Notes under the pieces: model-generated
Database searches by the model: none
What the model saw: the letters and a program-made list of their open reading frames with translations, nothing else
What the model was told of the DNA's origin: nothing
Assembly (NCBI RefSeq): GCF_000015945.1
Contig: NC_009033.1
Coordinates: forward strand, 1,530,001 to 1,562,000
Length of the DNA: 32,000 bases
Reading direction: 5' to 3'
From: Staphylothermus marinus F1
GTDB lineage: Archaea > Thermoproteota > Thermoprotei_A > Sulfolobales > Desulfurococcaceae
In this document: piece by piece, positions 1 to 9,989 of the stretch
How the letters are laid out: each line of letters opens with the position of its first letter
Position numbering within the stretch: position 1 is the first letter of the stretch
Translations under genes and position numbers: made by a program

Positions 1-1081
1 TTATCTCTATATGTTTGGGATCGGGGTATCTACCGTATTTCCAAGCTTGTAATCCTACTTCTCTAAACCTGATCTCATTTATTTTGATTCCTTTCTCCAT
101 GCATCTCTTCTCAACATATTCTCTGAGATTAGACTTCTTAGTTCCAGCCACAACTTCTGGTGCTGGTATGTCTCTCCTAATCCTCATTATCCTCACATAT
201 TTCGGTATATACCTGTACATCTCCGATATGACTTCAACAGCTGTTTCATCATCATATGGCTTATACCATCCCTCTCTCCACCACTGGTATAGAACTGTTC
301 CCTCAACAATTTCTGTAGGGTAAATCTTCAGCATGTCCGGTCTAAAATCTGGGTTTTCAAATATTTCCTTCATCATTTCAATATCTCTATCAGGATCGCT
401 TCCCGGAAGTCCCAGCATTATATGGTATACTATTTTGAAACCTGCATCTTTCAATATCCTAGTAGACTTTATAGTCTCAGCAACACCATGCCCCCTATTA
501 ACCTTTAATAAGACATCGTCATAGATGCTTTGAACACCTAGCTCAACACGTGTAGCACCATAGTATAGCATTTCATCAGCATGCTTCTCATATCCATAAT
601 CAGGTCTAGTCTCAATTGTTAAACCAACACATCTATGGCGAGCTGTCTCATTTCTAAGCTGGGCCAATTCTAGATCCCATTTCCTAGGAGGATTCGGGTC
701 AGGGTATCTGTTGAGTGCTTCAAATATCATTGTTATAAACCACTCCTTATACCTCTGCGGAGCCGCTAGAAAAGTTCCACCCATAACTATGACTTCAACC
801 TTGCTAGGAATTTGTTTGAGATACTCGTATTGAAGCAGTCTATTCCAAACCTGCTTGTATGGGTGGAACTGGTTTCTACGAGCTCTCCTCAATGCTGGCT
901 CGTTGCCGAAATAGCTTTTTGGAGCATTATATTGTGGTCCTCCGGGACAATAATAACAGTTGAAGGGGCATGGTATTGGATGAGTCATAACAGCAACTAC
1001 ACTAACACCACTAAGCATTCTCGAAGGCTTCCTAATCCTTTTCAGCCCTGTTTTGATACTGCTCAAACCTTTTCGCCACAC
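1..1081 (-). CDS. elp3: Elp3-family radical SAM enzyme (N-terminal ~360 aa; the 3' end runs off the window)
   Basis: It is absent from the ORF track because the window edge truncates it. My minus-strand translation from GTG at 1081 reads VWRKGLSSIKTGLKRIRKPSRMLSGVSVVAVMTHPIPCPFNCYYCPGGPQYNAPKSYFGNEPALRRARRNQFHPYKQVW...VEVIVMGGTF...GATRVELGVQS...RGHG. This includes a CX3CX2C radical-SAM cluster, and the frame stays open to position 2. The plus-strand ORFs 15..323, 333..524 and 812..1150 are antisense artefacts. Confidence 0.8.
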   Translation of the reverse strand, partial: MWRKGLSSIKTGLKRIRKPSRMLSGVSVVAVMTHPIPCPFNCYYCPGGPQYNAPKSYFGNEPALRRARRNQFHPYKQVWNRLLQYEYLKQIPSKVEVIVMGGTFLAAPQRYKEWFITMIFEALNRYPDPNPPRKWDLELAQLRNETARHRCVGLTIETRPDYGYEKHADEMLYYGATRVELGVQSIYDDVLLKVNRGHGVAETIKSTRILKDAGFKIVYHIMLGLPGSDPDRDIEMMKEIFENPDFRPDMLKIYPTEIVEGTVLYQWWREGWYKPYDDETAVEVISEMYRYIPKYVRIMRIRRDIPAPEVVAGTKKSNLREYVEKRCMEKGIKINEIRFREVGLQAWKYGRYPDPKHIEI

Positions 1082-1166
1082 AGGTTTCTCCAAAAAATAC
1101 TATTGTGTTTTAAACAACTAATATATCTCAACCACTATAAGATCATATAGATATGGTGAACCAGTA

Positions 1167-2285
1167 TTGGATATGTTGAGAGAAATACTATTGGATGCTG
1201 GATTAGAAATAATATGGTTTGATAGCTTAGGAGCAAAATCATCATGTATAGCCATACATGTTGATTGGAATAACTGTATCCTTATAGATCCTGGAGCAGC
1301 AGCTATGCAGCCAAGCTATCCATTGCCTAGAGAAGAAAAAATTATTCTTAGGAGAAAAGCTGTATATAGAATAAGATCCGTTGCTAGACGATGCTCAACA
1401 ATAATTATCACTCATTACCACTATGATCACCACATTCTCTTGAGCGATAGGGATTTAGAAAATGAGAACATATATGCTGGTAAAAAACTCTACATAAAGG
1501 ATCCTAACAAGTATATTAATTATAGTCAGTGGAGAAGATCCAGGTTATTCCTAGAACAAATCCTTAATACTCAAGGTCTTAGACTCGATGATTTCTATGT
1601 TAAGCCTTGGCAGAAAAAGTTTCCTGATCCAGTTGATGATCTAAGATATATTCATGAAAGAAACTATGGAGATTATATGGCTAGGAGGAGAGAACTATTA
1701 TTGAAGGGTAAGAAATGGTTTCATAAACTCGTTGATTACTGGAGAAAAAATCCATGGATACGAGATAACATTGTTTTACCAGATAATACTAGGATATTTC
1801 TCGGTGATGGACGAAAAGTGCAGATGGGAGGAGCATATGTTGAGATTTATCCTCCATGGTTTCACGGCGTAGAATATGATAAGACTGGATGGGTCACACC
1901 ATTATATATTGTGAATAGAGGCTACAAAATATTTTATACAAGCGACTTGATGGGTCCTATAATAGAGGACTACGCATATCACATAAGCGACCTATCACCA
2001 GACTTAGTAATTGTTGACGGGCCACCAACATACCTATACCCATACATGTTCAACAAGATAAACTTGGATAGAGCAATAGATAACATGATTAAAATAATTG
2101 ATTCAAAACCAGAAATAATAATCTACGACCACCACTTATTAAGAGATGCTAATTGGAGAAAACATGTTAAAAAAGTAATAGATTATGCTAAAGCAAATAA
2201 GGTAGCATTAATTACAGCAGCTGAAGCAATAGGTGAAAAACCATTGATAGATAAAATAGTTGAACAAAAACATATATCAGACTAA
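1167..2285 (+). CDS. MBL-fold metallo-hydrolase family protein
   Basis: 372-aa ORF. It has an HxHxDH-type motif (IITHYHYDHH) preceded by LIDPG, as in metallo-beta-lactamase-fold proteins. GGTGA lies at 1154-1158 upstream; the start could be TTG 1167 or ATG 1173. Confidence 0.6.
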   Translation: MDMLREILLDAGLEIIWFDSLGAKSSCIAIHVDWNNCILIDPGAAAMQPSYPLPREEKIILRRKAVYRIRSVARRCSTIIITHYHYDHHILLSDRDLENENIYAGKKLYIKDPNKYINYSQWRRSRLFLEQILNTQGLRLDDFYVKPWQKKFPDPVDDLRYIHERNYGDYMARRRELLLKGKKWFHKLVDYWRKNPWIRDNIVLPDNTRIFLGDGRKVQMGGAYVEIYPPWFHGVEYDKTGWVTPLYIVNRGYKIFYTSDLMGPIIEDYAYHISDLSPDLVIVDGPPTYLYPYMFNKINLDRAIDNMIKIIDSKPEIIIYDHHLLRDANWRKHVKKVIDYAKANKVALITAAEAIGEKPLIDKIVEQKHISD

Positions 2286-2410
2286 AACCTTTATCGCGGA
2301 ATAATCGAGTAGAAAAGTTCTTTAATAAATATCATGGTTTCCGGCTTATGAACATGGTTTGTAATTTTAGGTGGCTCATATATATTATTAGGTATTAGTG
2401 GTGTAGAGCT

Positions 2411-3652
2411 ATGGTGAAGTTTCTAGGCAGTTTGATTAGTGTTGATGAAGCTGTTGAGAAAGCTACTAAGGCTTTTAAGGATCTAATAGAGTTAAGAGTT
2501 GTTGAGAAAACTGTTTGGGACGCACTATATTATGTTTCCTCAGAAGATGTTGTAGCATTAATTGATCAGCCGAGATATGATAGATCCGCTGTTGATGGAT
2601 ACGCTGTTATAAGCTCCGACACTACAGGTGCTTCACCAACTAACCCGGCAATATTAAGGGTTAAGGGATACATGTCTCCAAGCTCTACTCCAGATGAATA
2701 CATTGTAAAAAATGGTGAAGCTGTTGAGTTAACAACGGGATCACCATTACCATTGGGTGCTGACGCTGTTGTAATGTATGAAGATACTTATCGTGTAGGA
2801 GATGAAGTCGAAATATACAAGTCTGTGCCAAGCGGAGCTAATGTTGCCAAGAAAGGCGAGGATTACAAGAAGGGAGAGGTTCTCGTAAAAAAGAATACAT
2901 TGCTTAAACCATGGCATTTATCAATTATAGCAAGTACAGGGATTAATACTGTAAAGGTTTTTGAGAAGATGAGAATAGGAATAATTGCATCAGGATCAGA
3001 ACTTGTTGAACCCGGATATAAGCTTGACAAAGGACAAATATATAATTCAACAAGCGTGCTTGTGAAAAACTATATCGAGACACTAGGATTTACTACAAGT
3101 AAATACTATGGAGTTTTCCCGGATGAGAAAGAAGCATTAAAAGAAGCATTGTTTAAAGCATTGAGAGAAAACCATTTAGTCATAACTACTGGTGGAACAG
3201 GTGTAAGCGATGAAGATGTTATTCGTGACATCGTTGATGAATATGGTGAATGGGTATTTAGAGGGGTTGCTATGAGGCCTGGTAGACCGACAAGTGCAGC
3301 AATAATTAATGATAAACCAGTCTTCCTACTAAGCGGCTACCCTGTCGCCGCGTGGACAGGTCTTGAAGCAATTGTTTCGCCAACACTATATAATATTCTA
3401 GACCTAGAAAAACCTGTTAAACCAGTTATTCAAGGGGTTCTAGCTCGCCGTGTACCGAACACGGTAGGTTATAGAAGCTATATACGTGTAACTATACGAA
3501 TTAGTTCCGATAACAAAGTAATTGTTGAACCATACATGTTGAAGGGAAGTGGAGTATTATCTAGCCTTGTAAAAACAAATGGTTATATAATATTATATGA
3601 AAATGTAGAGGGTTATGAGAAGGGGAGTATTGTAGACGTAATATTATATTAG
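2411..3652 (+). CDS. moeA: Molybdopterin molybdenum/tungsten transferase MoeA
   Basis: 413 aa with the MoeA blocks RSAVDGYAV, TTGGTGVSDEDV and RPGRPT. An SD-like GGTG lies at 2400-2403, upstream of the ATG. Confidence 0.85.
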   Translation: MVKFLGSLISVDEAVEKATKAFKDLIELRVVEKTVWDALYYVSSEDVVALIDQPRYDRSAVDGYAVISSDTTGASPTNPAILRVKGYMSPSSTPDEYIVKNGEAVELTTGSPLPLGADAVVMYEDTYRVGDEVEIYKSVPSGANVAKKGEDYKKGEVLVKKNTLLKPWHLSIIASTGINTVKVFEKMRIGIIASGSELVEPGYKLDKGQIYNSTSVLVKNYIETLGFTTSKYYGVFPDEKEALKEALFKALRENHLVITTGGTGVSDEDVIRDIVDEYGEWVFRGVAMRPGRPTSAAIINDKPVFLLSGYPVAAWTGLEAIVSPTLYNILDLEKPVKPVIQGVLARRVPNTVGYRSYIRVTIRISSDNKVIVEPYMLKGSGVLSSLVKTNGYIILYENVEGYEKGSIVDVILY

Positions 3653-3986
3653 ATCACTATAGTCGTGGAGCCCGTTTCATCATTCCACATAAGTTTTATA
3701 AATATGGATATATGTATTTTGAAAAACAACAAGATACTTATCGAAGAGGTGCACATAGCTGATCAATTATAGAGTTCTCATTGTAGCATTAACATTAATA
3801 ACAATAAGCCTTATAGCTTTCTCCACAACTATTCAAGGAATCCCTACATGGGTTAGACCAGGAGTTTATTTTCAGTATAAAATAGAGGGGCGCATCATAA
3901 CTAATCCACCTATAAGAGAGGATCTAGCAAACTACTATGTAGTTGGTACTGCAAGATTTGTTGCTACATCATTTAACGAGACAGGA

Positions 3987-4535
3987 ATGAAAGGATACTA
4001 TGAGCTATTAAGTCTTAATGATACAAAAGGGTATTTCTCACAAGTACTCGGATCCCCTGGTAGTAAGGCTGAAGCCTTTGTTAAATGGGATACCGTATAT
4101 AATAAAACAAAGTTTAACATATATGTAAAACCAGAAACCATACCTGATAATCCAAAACCATACGAGTCTGTATCAACTAGAGATAATCTCGCATCTTATA
4201 TATTCATTAATGTAACATATGATCGCGGAACAGGCATTATACTTGACTATTATTATTTAAACGACGTCAATGAAACAACCAACTATACCAACTACAAATA
4301 CATACTACACTATAAACTCATAGATACAAATCTAGAACAACTCTATAAATATATTGGAAAAACATATACACCGATACAAACAAGCACCCCTACAACCACG
4401 GAAACAAGCAAGAACACAGGAACATCTAATAATGAAGAAAACAGTTACCCTATTCAGTACATAGGCGGAGCCATAATAGTTGTTATATTAGCCGTTCTCA
4501 TATATGAATTAATAGCTTCAAGAAAGAAAACTTAG
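3987..4535 (+). CDS. Predicted secreted or membrane-anchored protein (Thr-rich segment plus C-terminal TM helix); the true 5' end is probably upstream
   Basis: The ORF ends with TSTPTTTETSKNTGTS followed by the hydrophobic GGAIIVVILAVLIYELIA and then SRKKT. The same frame is open back to 3759 and there encodes a signal-peptide-like NYRVLIVALTLITISLIAFSTTIQG, with no ATG/GTG/TTG before 3987. Confidence 0.55.
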   Translation: MKGYYELLSLNDTKGYFSQVLGSPGSKAEAFVKWDTVYNKTKFNIYVKPETIPDNPKPYESVSTRDNLASYIFINVTYDRGTGIILDYYYLNDVNETTNYTNYKYILHYKLIDTNLEQLYKYIGKTYTPIQTSTPTTTETSKNTGTSNNEENSYPIQYIGGAIIVVILAVLIYELIASRKKT

Positions 4536-4585
4536 CGTTGCCGTTTTTAATTCTCTCCATAATAATATATTATTAAACGAAAACT

Positions 4586-7500
4586 TTGAATAGAAATGGT
4601 GTTTTTCCGGAGTTGAGAGAAAAACTATTATTAGAGCATATAAGGAATTTGAAGGAGAAAATACTTATTTATCCCCACGTATTAGCTCTTATAAATTTAG
4701 CCCATGATCTATTGGTGGAGGGATTAGAAAAAACACTTACCAAGTACAGAGATATTCTAGGAACAAATATTGACTATTTGAGAAAATGCGAATACATTAT
4801 TGATAAGGAGATAAGTAAGAAAAACATTAATACGATCATATCAAAACTAGACCTATGCATTATTGATCCAGATCTCAGATTGAAACTGCTAAATAATTTT
4901 CTTAATAAATATGGATTCGAGCAGTTATGCTCTGATCTATCACTTAATGATGAGTTGTGTTCAAAAACTAAGAAGCAAGTAGATATCTTAAGAAGGGAAT
5001 ATGATTTATTGAAATATTTATTCTATAAGCCAATAAACAATTACTTAGAACTAGCAATTTATTTAAACACTCCATTAAATGAACTCATTATAACAAGAGG
5101 ATTAATAAAGAGATCAAAATGGTTAGCAGACATTGTTACTAAAAATAATAATTTAATTATAATGGGGCCTAGCTTTACAGGTAAAACTACTCATTTATTC
5201 ATGGCCAGCTATATATTGATGAAAAAGCATAATCTACAACTTGCTACAAGTCTTTCTCCCCAGAATGTTCCGCGAACAAATATATATGTAGGCGATGATC
5301 TAAGCCTAGAAGAGCTGAGGCTACTTCAAGGAAAAAGATATATGGTTTCAATTAATTCTGGAGAAGTTGATCTAATGGATAAAATATTGTCAGGAGAAAA
5401 AATAGTATTGGGAAACGAGGATATTGGTAAACCTATTCGTTTCAAGAATAAAACAGTTGTTCTAGCTCTAACCAATCAATTATATCCGCCAAGCGAGATC
5501 CAAAAAATTTCAAGCGAGAAACTCCTTGAACGAACAGACAATTTAAAAATCTTACATATTAGACAATATGTTGCCAAGAATAAGCTGAAAGAAGAATATG
5601 ATAATATTACTGATCTATTAAAGAGGCTCATAACTAGATATTATTATATTCGTAAATATGCACCATTAATAGGCTTCATAATAACATCACATGGTATAAA
5701 CATGGTCTCCACGAAGAACATGATTATAACAATAACTAGATACAGGAACGCCTACGGTGATCCATCACTTCTACTAGGAAACATAAACAGAGAAATATAT
5801 ACAATACCCCATAAAACATGGATTAAGAGCCTGATAGAACTTTATGAAGACGAGAATATAAGTGAAATAATTGAAGAAATAAAATCTTTTCTCGAAGACA
5901 TATACTCACTAAGAAAAACTATCACATACAAAATAGAAAATCCGTTAGAAGCACTTGTTTTAGCAAACAATTATCCCGAATTACTATTGGAAACAATAAT
6001 TAGAGGATCGAAGAAAGCAATACATGTATCTCCAATACATTTTCTAGAATACTCGCAGAACTCAGATATATTAGAATTGAAGAAGAACATGAGGTTCGGT
6101 AAAGATTTAAGCGATATAGTATATTGTTTGATCTTGTTTATGCTTAAAAATAAGATAAAAACAGACTATTTGGATATTATACGGAAATATAAGGTGTCAA
6201 AGAAACAATCCAAGAAATTATTCACGGTTATTAATAGTGGTGAAAACGATTTAGAAGAATTAGTTAAGCAATATTATGCCGAGAAAAATATGTTAATAAA
6301 GAAGATCTTGATTGATCAGATAATAAATAAAATAGCTTTATCTAAGCAAATCCTACCCTTACTCAACCATCTATACAAGATTAATTCCTACAAGCTAAAA
6401 CAAAAACTATTCTATTTAACAGGAGAATATAATAAGTTGCGGAAACTACTTGAAAAGAAAAAATTGTTTAATAAACGAGTAATTATGAGGCTAGATTATC
6501 TAAGCGGTAAAATAGATAGGATTATCTCAAGCACTGATCCATTAAGTGAATACTATAAGGCAAACATATTTCTCAGAATAGGAGATCTTGATAGAGCCCT
6601 TCTAAGCATTAACAGATCATATATTGGCGCATATAACAGATTAATTAATGGAGAATTAAATTATGCATACACATACATACTTTCCCTATACAAACTAGCT
6701 GTAACGAATTTACTCGAGAAAAAAATTGATGAAGCACAAGCTATAATTAATAAATTCCTCGAAGATGTTGATTCGTATGGCCATATCATAGAAACAAAAC
6801 ATTTAGAACCAATATTATTGACAGTTATGTCTCTGAAAGAGATGCTGGATAAACATACATGTAACTATAAACACCTAGAATGCTTAAAAGCATCAATTCT
6901 CCTAGATAGTCCGAGAATATTTAGAAGACACCTTACAGAAATAATTAGTAATTTTAATAAATTAGATTTACATGAGATCTTAGAGATCGGACGTATTATT
7001 AGGAATGGACTCGTAAAGAAATGGATTAGCAGTGATCTAGTTGAAGCATATCTGAATAATATTGAAAAATACATTACTATTCCCCGCTTCAGATATGTTT
7101 ATCTCAGCATTATACCCTTATACATAGTTAGGAAGAAAAGAATTAATAAAAAATATCTTGAACTAGACAATCAATACAATGAGTTATTGGAGAACTACGG
7201 TATATGGGCAAAAAAGATCTATTTAGACTACTTATATGCCAAAGGAATATACTATGTAAAGATACTGAGAAATCCTGAGAAAGCCACATACTACTTTAAG
7301 AAAGCCCTAGAACTATTAAATACATTCAAGAACATATCTCGAAAAGTATATGTTAGGAAGAGAAACCTTCTGGAACTATGGATCAATATCTCCGAGATTC
7401 AAGACAATAATTACTCAACATGTCATAAATCCCTGAAAACCATGTTAACTAGAAAACTATCCCCAACAACAGAAGTGATGGCTAAGTATTGGTTTATCAA

Positions 7501-8587
7501 GTGCTTAATTGGAAATCAACTATATAGAACAGCTCTTGAAAAAACCTCTGAGATTGTATTGACCATTAGAGACCCGATCAACCGGTTTAAATTCATGACG
7601 TTATTATTCATTATTTCATATAGAATTAATCGTTTACTCGCTGAAAAGAGGATTGGAGAACTAATCAACTACTTATATGAACAACTTAGAAACAAGAAAA
7701 TAACGCGTAGCATGGCTATTCAGAGTATTTCGAGACTAATAATTATGCAGTGGAAACATGCTGGATCATATGGTATAGATAAGATTGTTAATGTATTAAT
7801 CGATCTATTAAGATCAGCCGATCTAGATTCTATAAAGCCTAATATACAGTATTTGAAGAGAATAGTTGTTATCCTTAGTGAATTAAATAAGCTGGACTAT
7901 ATTTATAAAATATTATCAAGGATCATAGAAACAATAAATGATCCAAATCTTATTCTATTACATATAGACTCATTATTAATGAGTGGCAGATATGGGGAAG
8001 CAGAGAGAGAATTAGGAAAAATATCTAATATTATCAGTAAAGATATTCGGCGAGCATATGAAGCCCAAATATTATATTATAAAGGTAAAACAGGCAAGGC
8101 TTTGAGGAAAGCAAACAAGATCATAGATAAAATTAATCGGTTAGACTTGAAAGCTAAGCTACTATATATTATTGGGAAAGCATGGGAATCCAAAGGAAAA
8201 CTCGATAAAGCTTATAAAGCATATACAGCTCTCCTAGAGATCAATGAGACGAACAAACATATACCTTTAACAATTATTGGAGACACCTATTATAGGCTTG
8301 CAACATATTACCAAGTGAAGAGAGACTATAACAAAGCATTAAAATATTATGAGCTAGCTCTTAAAACCTATGATAAAATAGTATTTGAGAACCAAAGATT
8401 CGAACAAATAATTAGAATTACCGATATATTACAGAATATATTATTAGTGTTTAGCGGCATTGAAAACCCATTCTTCTACGCTGAAGCCAGAGAACTAGTT
8501 TGTGAATACATAAACAGGCGATACGAGAAAATAAATAGAAAAGGATTAACCAACATGTTTACATACATATTAAATTCTTGTAAGTAA
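4586..8587 (+). CDS. Large P-loop NTPase with an SF3-helicase (D5/P4-primase-C)-like motif set, fused to a ~1000-aa helical-repeat/TPR region
   Basis: 1333-aa uninterrupted ORF. Walker A is MGPSFTGKTT (nt 5162-5191), Walker B is NIYVGDD (DD at 5294-5299), and motif C is VVLALTNQLYP (N at 5474-5476). TPR-like units occur at the C-terminus, e.g. YYRLATYYQVKRDYNKALKYYELALKTY. The TTG start is uncertain. Confidence 0.6.
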   Translation: MNRNGVFPELREKLLLEHIRNLKEKILIYPHVLALINLAHDLLVEGLEKTLTKYRDILGTNIDYLRKCEYIIDKEISKKNINTIISKLDLCIIDPDLRLKLLNNFLNKYGFEQLCSDLSLNDELCSKTKKQVDILRREYDLLKYLFYKPINNYLELAIYLNTPLNELIITRGLIKRSKWLADIVTKNNNLIIMGPSFTGKTTHLFMASYILMKKHNLQLATSLSPQNVPRTNIYVGDDLSLEELRLLQGKRYMVSINSGEVDLMDKILSGEKIVLGNEDIGKPIRFKNKTVVLALTNQLYPPSEIQKISSEKLLERTDNLKILHIRQYVAKNKLKEEYDNITDLLKRLITRYYYIRKYAPLIGFIITSHGINMVSTKNMIITITRYRNAYGDPSLLLGNINREIYTIPHKTWIKSLIELYEDENISEIIEEIKSFLEDIYSLRKTITYKIENPLEALVLANNYPELLLETIIRGSKKAIHVSPIHFLEYSQNSDILELKKNMRFGKDLSDIVYCLILFMLKNKIKTDYLDIIRKYKVSKKQSKKLFTVINSGENDLEELVKQYYAEKNMLIKKILIDQIINKIALSKQILPLLNHLYKINSYKLKQKLFYLTGEYNKLRKLLEKKKLFNKRVIMRLDYLSGKIDRIISSTDPLSEYYKANIFLRIGDLDRALLSINRSYIGAYNRLINGELNYAYTYILSLYKLAVTNLLEKKIDEAQAIINKFLEDVDSYGHIIETKHLEPILLTVMSLKEMLDKHTCNYKHLECLKASILLDSPRIFRRHLTEIISNFNKLDLHEILEIGRIIRNGLVKKWISSDLVEAYLNNIEKYITIPRFRYVYLSIIPLYIVRKKRINKKYLELDNQYNELLENYGIWAKKIYLDYLYAKGIYYVKILRNPEKATYYFKKALELLNTFKNISRKVYVRKRNLLELWINISEIQDNNYSTCHKSLKTMLTRKLSPTTEVMAKYWFIKCLIGNQLYRTALEKTSEIVLTIRDPINRFKFMTLLFIISYRINRLLAEKRIGELINYLYEQLRNKKITRSMAIQSISRLIIMQWKHAGSYGIDKIVNVLIDLLRSADLDSIKPNIQYLKRIVVILSELNKLDYIYKILSRIIETINDPNLILLHIDSLLMSGRYGEAERELGKISNIISKDIRRAYEAQILYYKGKTGKALRKANKIIDKINRLDLKAKLLYIIGKAWESKGKLDKAYKAYTALLEINETNKHIPLTIIGDTYYRLATYYQVKRDYNKALKYYELALKTYDKIVFENQRFEQIIRITDILQNILLVFSGIENPFFYAEARELVCEYINRRYEKINRKGLTNMFTYILNSCK

Positions 8588-8738
8588 TTGGTTGAGTGCA
8601 AGATATACAATTATTACTTATTTTATTAGTTATGAATGCAGTTTTGATAATTTATCATAAGTTTACTGTTTTAAAACTATATTATTTATTGATGCCATTA
8701 TTTTATACTTGTCCGAAAAAGTTAACAGGTGCTTTCTC

Positions 8739-9989
8739 ATGAAAATGCTTCTGCTAGGTTTTGCGAGTAGGTTGCATGGTGAGCTATACTATAAGTCTAT
8801 GTTTCAAGAAGTAACTGATATCTTATCTGTATTTAAAGATCTAGAAATACACAAAGATATAATTACTGAGCCAGTAACCATTGATGTTAACAACTATGAA
8901 TTAATTATTGCTTATTTATTGACTGGTGGAACAAGCAAGCTTGCTTATAAGGTATTAATGAGCACAGATAGGAAACCTGTTCTTATAATTGCTCATAGTA
9001 AACATAATAGCTTAGCATCAGCTCTTTCATTAAGAACGAAACTATTAGATGCTGGTGTAAAGGTTAAGCTAATTTATTTCTTGGATAAAAATGATTTATT
9101 AATGAAGTTTACAAGGTTTTATAAGGGTGTTGTTGCTGGGTATAGTTTAAAATATTTGAGAATAATAGAGATCAACGATTATCCTGAGACTAGTGATGAA
9201 GGAAAAAGATTCGCAGATAGATTCGGAGCAGAGATTATCCATGTAAACTACGATGAACTATGGAGGATAGCCGGAGAAGCTACAATTGACGATATAAGAG
9301 AATTAGAGAATCTCGTGCATCAATACATTGATCTCTCAGGCACTAATAAACAGTATCTAGACAAAGTTCTACGCATATATTATGCTCTACGAAAGCTCTT
9401 ATCAATACACGGAGCAAACGCTATTGTTATTGATTGTTTTCCCCTAGTTCTCAAATACAATATTACACCATGCTTAGCGGTTGCAATGATGAATGCAGAG
9501 GGAATACCGACTGCTTGTGAAAATGACTATTATAGTCTGGTCTCACTATTTATAAGCTTGGCGTTAACTGGTTATCCTGGATGGATATCTAATCCAAGCG
9601 GTATAACTAGTGATGGTTATTTAAGATTTGCTCATTGCACAATAGCACCGGTTCTAGGAAGAAATTGTTTCTTAACAACACATTTTGAAACAGGAAACCC
9701 ATATGCTGTGGTGTGCAGGTTTAGAGCTGATAAAGTATTATTTATTAGGGTTGACAAGGGTTTCGATGGGTTAACAATTTATAGAGGCAAAGTAGTTCGT
9801 TCAGGACTATTAGAGCCAGGTTATTGTAGAACACAATTAATCATAGATACTGGAACATTGAAGCCCGAAGAATTCGTTGAGAAAGCAACAGGAAACCACC
9901 ACGTGTTTATTCCTTGGAGTAAGAGATTAATTGAATCATTAAAACATATGGCTTGGTGGATGAATTGGAGAATAGAGATAAGAAACTAG
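8739..9989 (+). CDS. Hypothetical protein, possibly a sugar isomerase-like (FucI/AraA-like) fold
   Basis: I prefer ATG 8739 because GGTG lies at 8727-8730. The family call rests on weak recollection of LLTGGTS, IIAHSKHNSLASAL and CENDYYS blocks in L-fucose-isomerase-like proteins. The coding call is solid; the function is not. Confidence 0.3.
   Translation: MKMLLLGFASRLHGELYYKSMFQEVTDILSVFKDLEIHKDIITEPVTIDVNNYELIIAYLLTGGTSKLAYKVLMSTDRKPVLIIAHSKHNSLASALSLRTKLLDAGVKVKLIYFLDKNDLLMKFTRFYKGVVAGYSLKYLRIIEINDYPETSDEGKRFADRFGAEIIHVNYDELWRIAGEATIDDIRELENLVHQYIDLSGTNKQYLDKVLRIYYALRKLLSIHGANAIVIDCFPLVLKYNITPCLAVAMMNAEGIPTACENDYYSLVSLFISLALTGYPGWISNPSGITSDGYLRFAHCTIAPVLGRNCFLTTHFETGNPYAVVCRFRADKVLFIRVDKGFDGLTIYRGKVVRSGLLEPGYCRTQLIIDTGTLKPEEFVEKATGNHHVFIPWSKRLIESLKHMAWWMNWRIEIRN

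Noticed and set aside
15-1150. Plus-strand ORFs 15..323, 333..524 and 812..1150
   Set aside because: They are antisense to a continuous minus-strand frame with clear Elp3/radical-SAM motifs, and their products are hydrophobic or low-information.
2332-2360. Direct repeat CATGGTTT twice upstream of moeA
   Set aside because: It is only 8 nt with two copies, and it has no positional relation to a recognisable promoter element, so it is likely chance.
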